Below, in pieces: positions 62,966 to 64,000 of a stretch of DNA of 64,000 bases. How positions within the stretch are numbered: position 1 is the stretch's first letter; each line of letters starts with the position of its first letter. A model generated the notes under the pieces. That model worked only from the letters and a program-made list of their open reading frames with translations, had not been told where the DNA came from and did no database searches. Source of the stretch: Psilocybe cubensis (Eukaryota); contig CM039010.1 of NCBI GenBank assembly GCA_017499595.2, forward strand, positions 1,860,001 to 1,924,000, given 5' to 3'. Both the position numbers and the translations under genes were made by a program.

Positions 62966-63844
62966 TAATGTGTGTGCACACATGATAGCTGTAGAAACGT
63001 GGATATGACTGTAAAAGCAAAACAAGCAGAGAGAAATATGAAATAACTGAGATAAGGCTTACCAAAGTAAACAACACAAGCTTAACAAGGCAGAAAACAA
63101 GGGAAATCTCACAGAGTATCATGAACAACAAACTGAGAGAAAGGCTAGTCTGGATAGTTGGTAACAAAGCATATACGTAATAGTGCAAAAAAGGCAGCCT
63201 CAGTTATAAAAATAGAATTTACTGCTTGATTAGTCAGTTAATGTGTGCAAAAGTGCATGATAATAACAAACTCAGCCCCTGAAAGACAAGGCACCAGACT
63301 GATAAACAAGAATGCAGGATCCTGGTCACGGTATACAGAATGGACGAGCAGGCAGGCCAAGCTCAGTAATGGATAAGTGCCCAGCAGAGTCATTTCCAAT
63401 AGTGCCAGTTAAACCAATATCCAAGTACAATCAGTATGTCGAGTATTTCAGGGTAAAATCCTATAAATACAGCTCAAGGAGGGAGCTGAGAGGAAGCATT
63501 ATACCTGCGATTCTTTGAACAAATTAGTGTAAAGTTTTGAGATATAATATTAAAGTCCCAGAGCTAAGTAAGAGTTAAAAGTTCAGTAGTCAAGCAAAGT
63601 GATAAGTCAGCCAGTTCAAAAGGAGACTAGAGCACTTATACTTGAGATTTAGAATTAGTCTATTAAAATCCAATATATCTTAAAACCCTAACCAAATCCC
63701 TCAAACAACTTAAATTACTATACAAATCAAACCCTTAAAAACCTGTATACGTTATTAGAATTGTGATACCAATACTTTAGTAACTTTGCCATATACAAAT
63801 TGTGTGTGTGTAATTTTACTACGTAAAACATTACAATCTTATCA
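62966..63844 (+). repeat. Probable 3' LTR of Gypsy D
   Basis: Follows a hairpin and PPT (TTTGGGGGAAA) arranged as in B and ends ATCTTATCA. No partner LTR is available to confirm it. Confidence 0.55.
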
Positions 63845-64000
63845 TTGTGACAAGATTACCCAGATAGAATGGATTATTATAATCAAAATATCCGCCAGAC
63901 ACTCCGTCCGGCGGACAGCACATGACCCACGTGACCACCGCGGTGGTGAAATTGACATGTTAGTTTTCACCACTGAAGTAGTCAAATCCGACATATAAGT

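Larger units (their letters stand above)
4925..63844 (+). mobile_element. Gypsy element D (5' LTR and gag missing), outermost host of the nest
   Basis: pol pieces 4927-7931, 45455-46105 and 47713-47898 rejoin in frame once inserts are removed; followed by an antisense gene, a PPT and a probable 3' LTR. Confidence 0.8.

Noticed and set aside
1-64000. tRNA, rRNA or housekeeping genes
   Set aside because: None recognised; the only tRNA-related sequences are primer-binding sites.

Overview
This window is eukaryotic DNA, most likely a mushroom-forming basidiomycete (Agaricomycete-type). That call is an inference from the ~50-nt GT-AG introns, CpG decay and the transposon families present. It is a deeply nested transposon cluster with no housekeeping gene. 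It opens with a decayed Copia element (1-3145) and a truncated PIF/Harbinger element (3390-~4920). Almost everything else sits inside one Ty3/Gypsy element 'D' (~4925-63844), whose integrase is split in frame by a 37.5-kb TA-duplicating DNA transposon 'T1' (7932-45452). T1 holds Gypsy 'A' (with a CpG-rich gene block and a young chromovirus C1) and Gypsy 'B' (with a LINE fragment and a foldback element). D also carries a DD34E Tc1 element and a second chromovirus C2. C2 has an inverted 3' end, a 774-bp 8-bp-TSD element, and a TA-TIR element that contains a Helitron-like element holding a second copy of itself. Two observations stand out. First, the Helitron-like element carries an F-box-like/Pol-beta-nucleotidyltransferase-like gene facing a possible OB-fold gene across a palindrome array; the GS..DxD motif appears only after the nested copy is excised. 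Second, two Gypsy families carry what looks like a homologous spliced antisense accessory gene. Coordinates were read by eye and no database searches were run.
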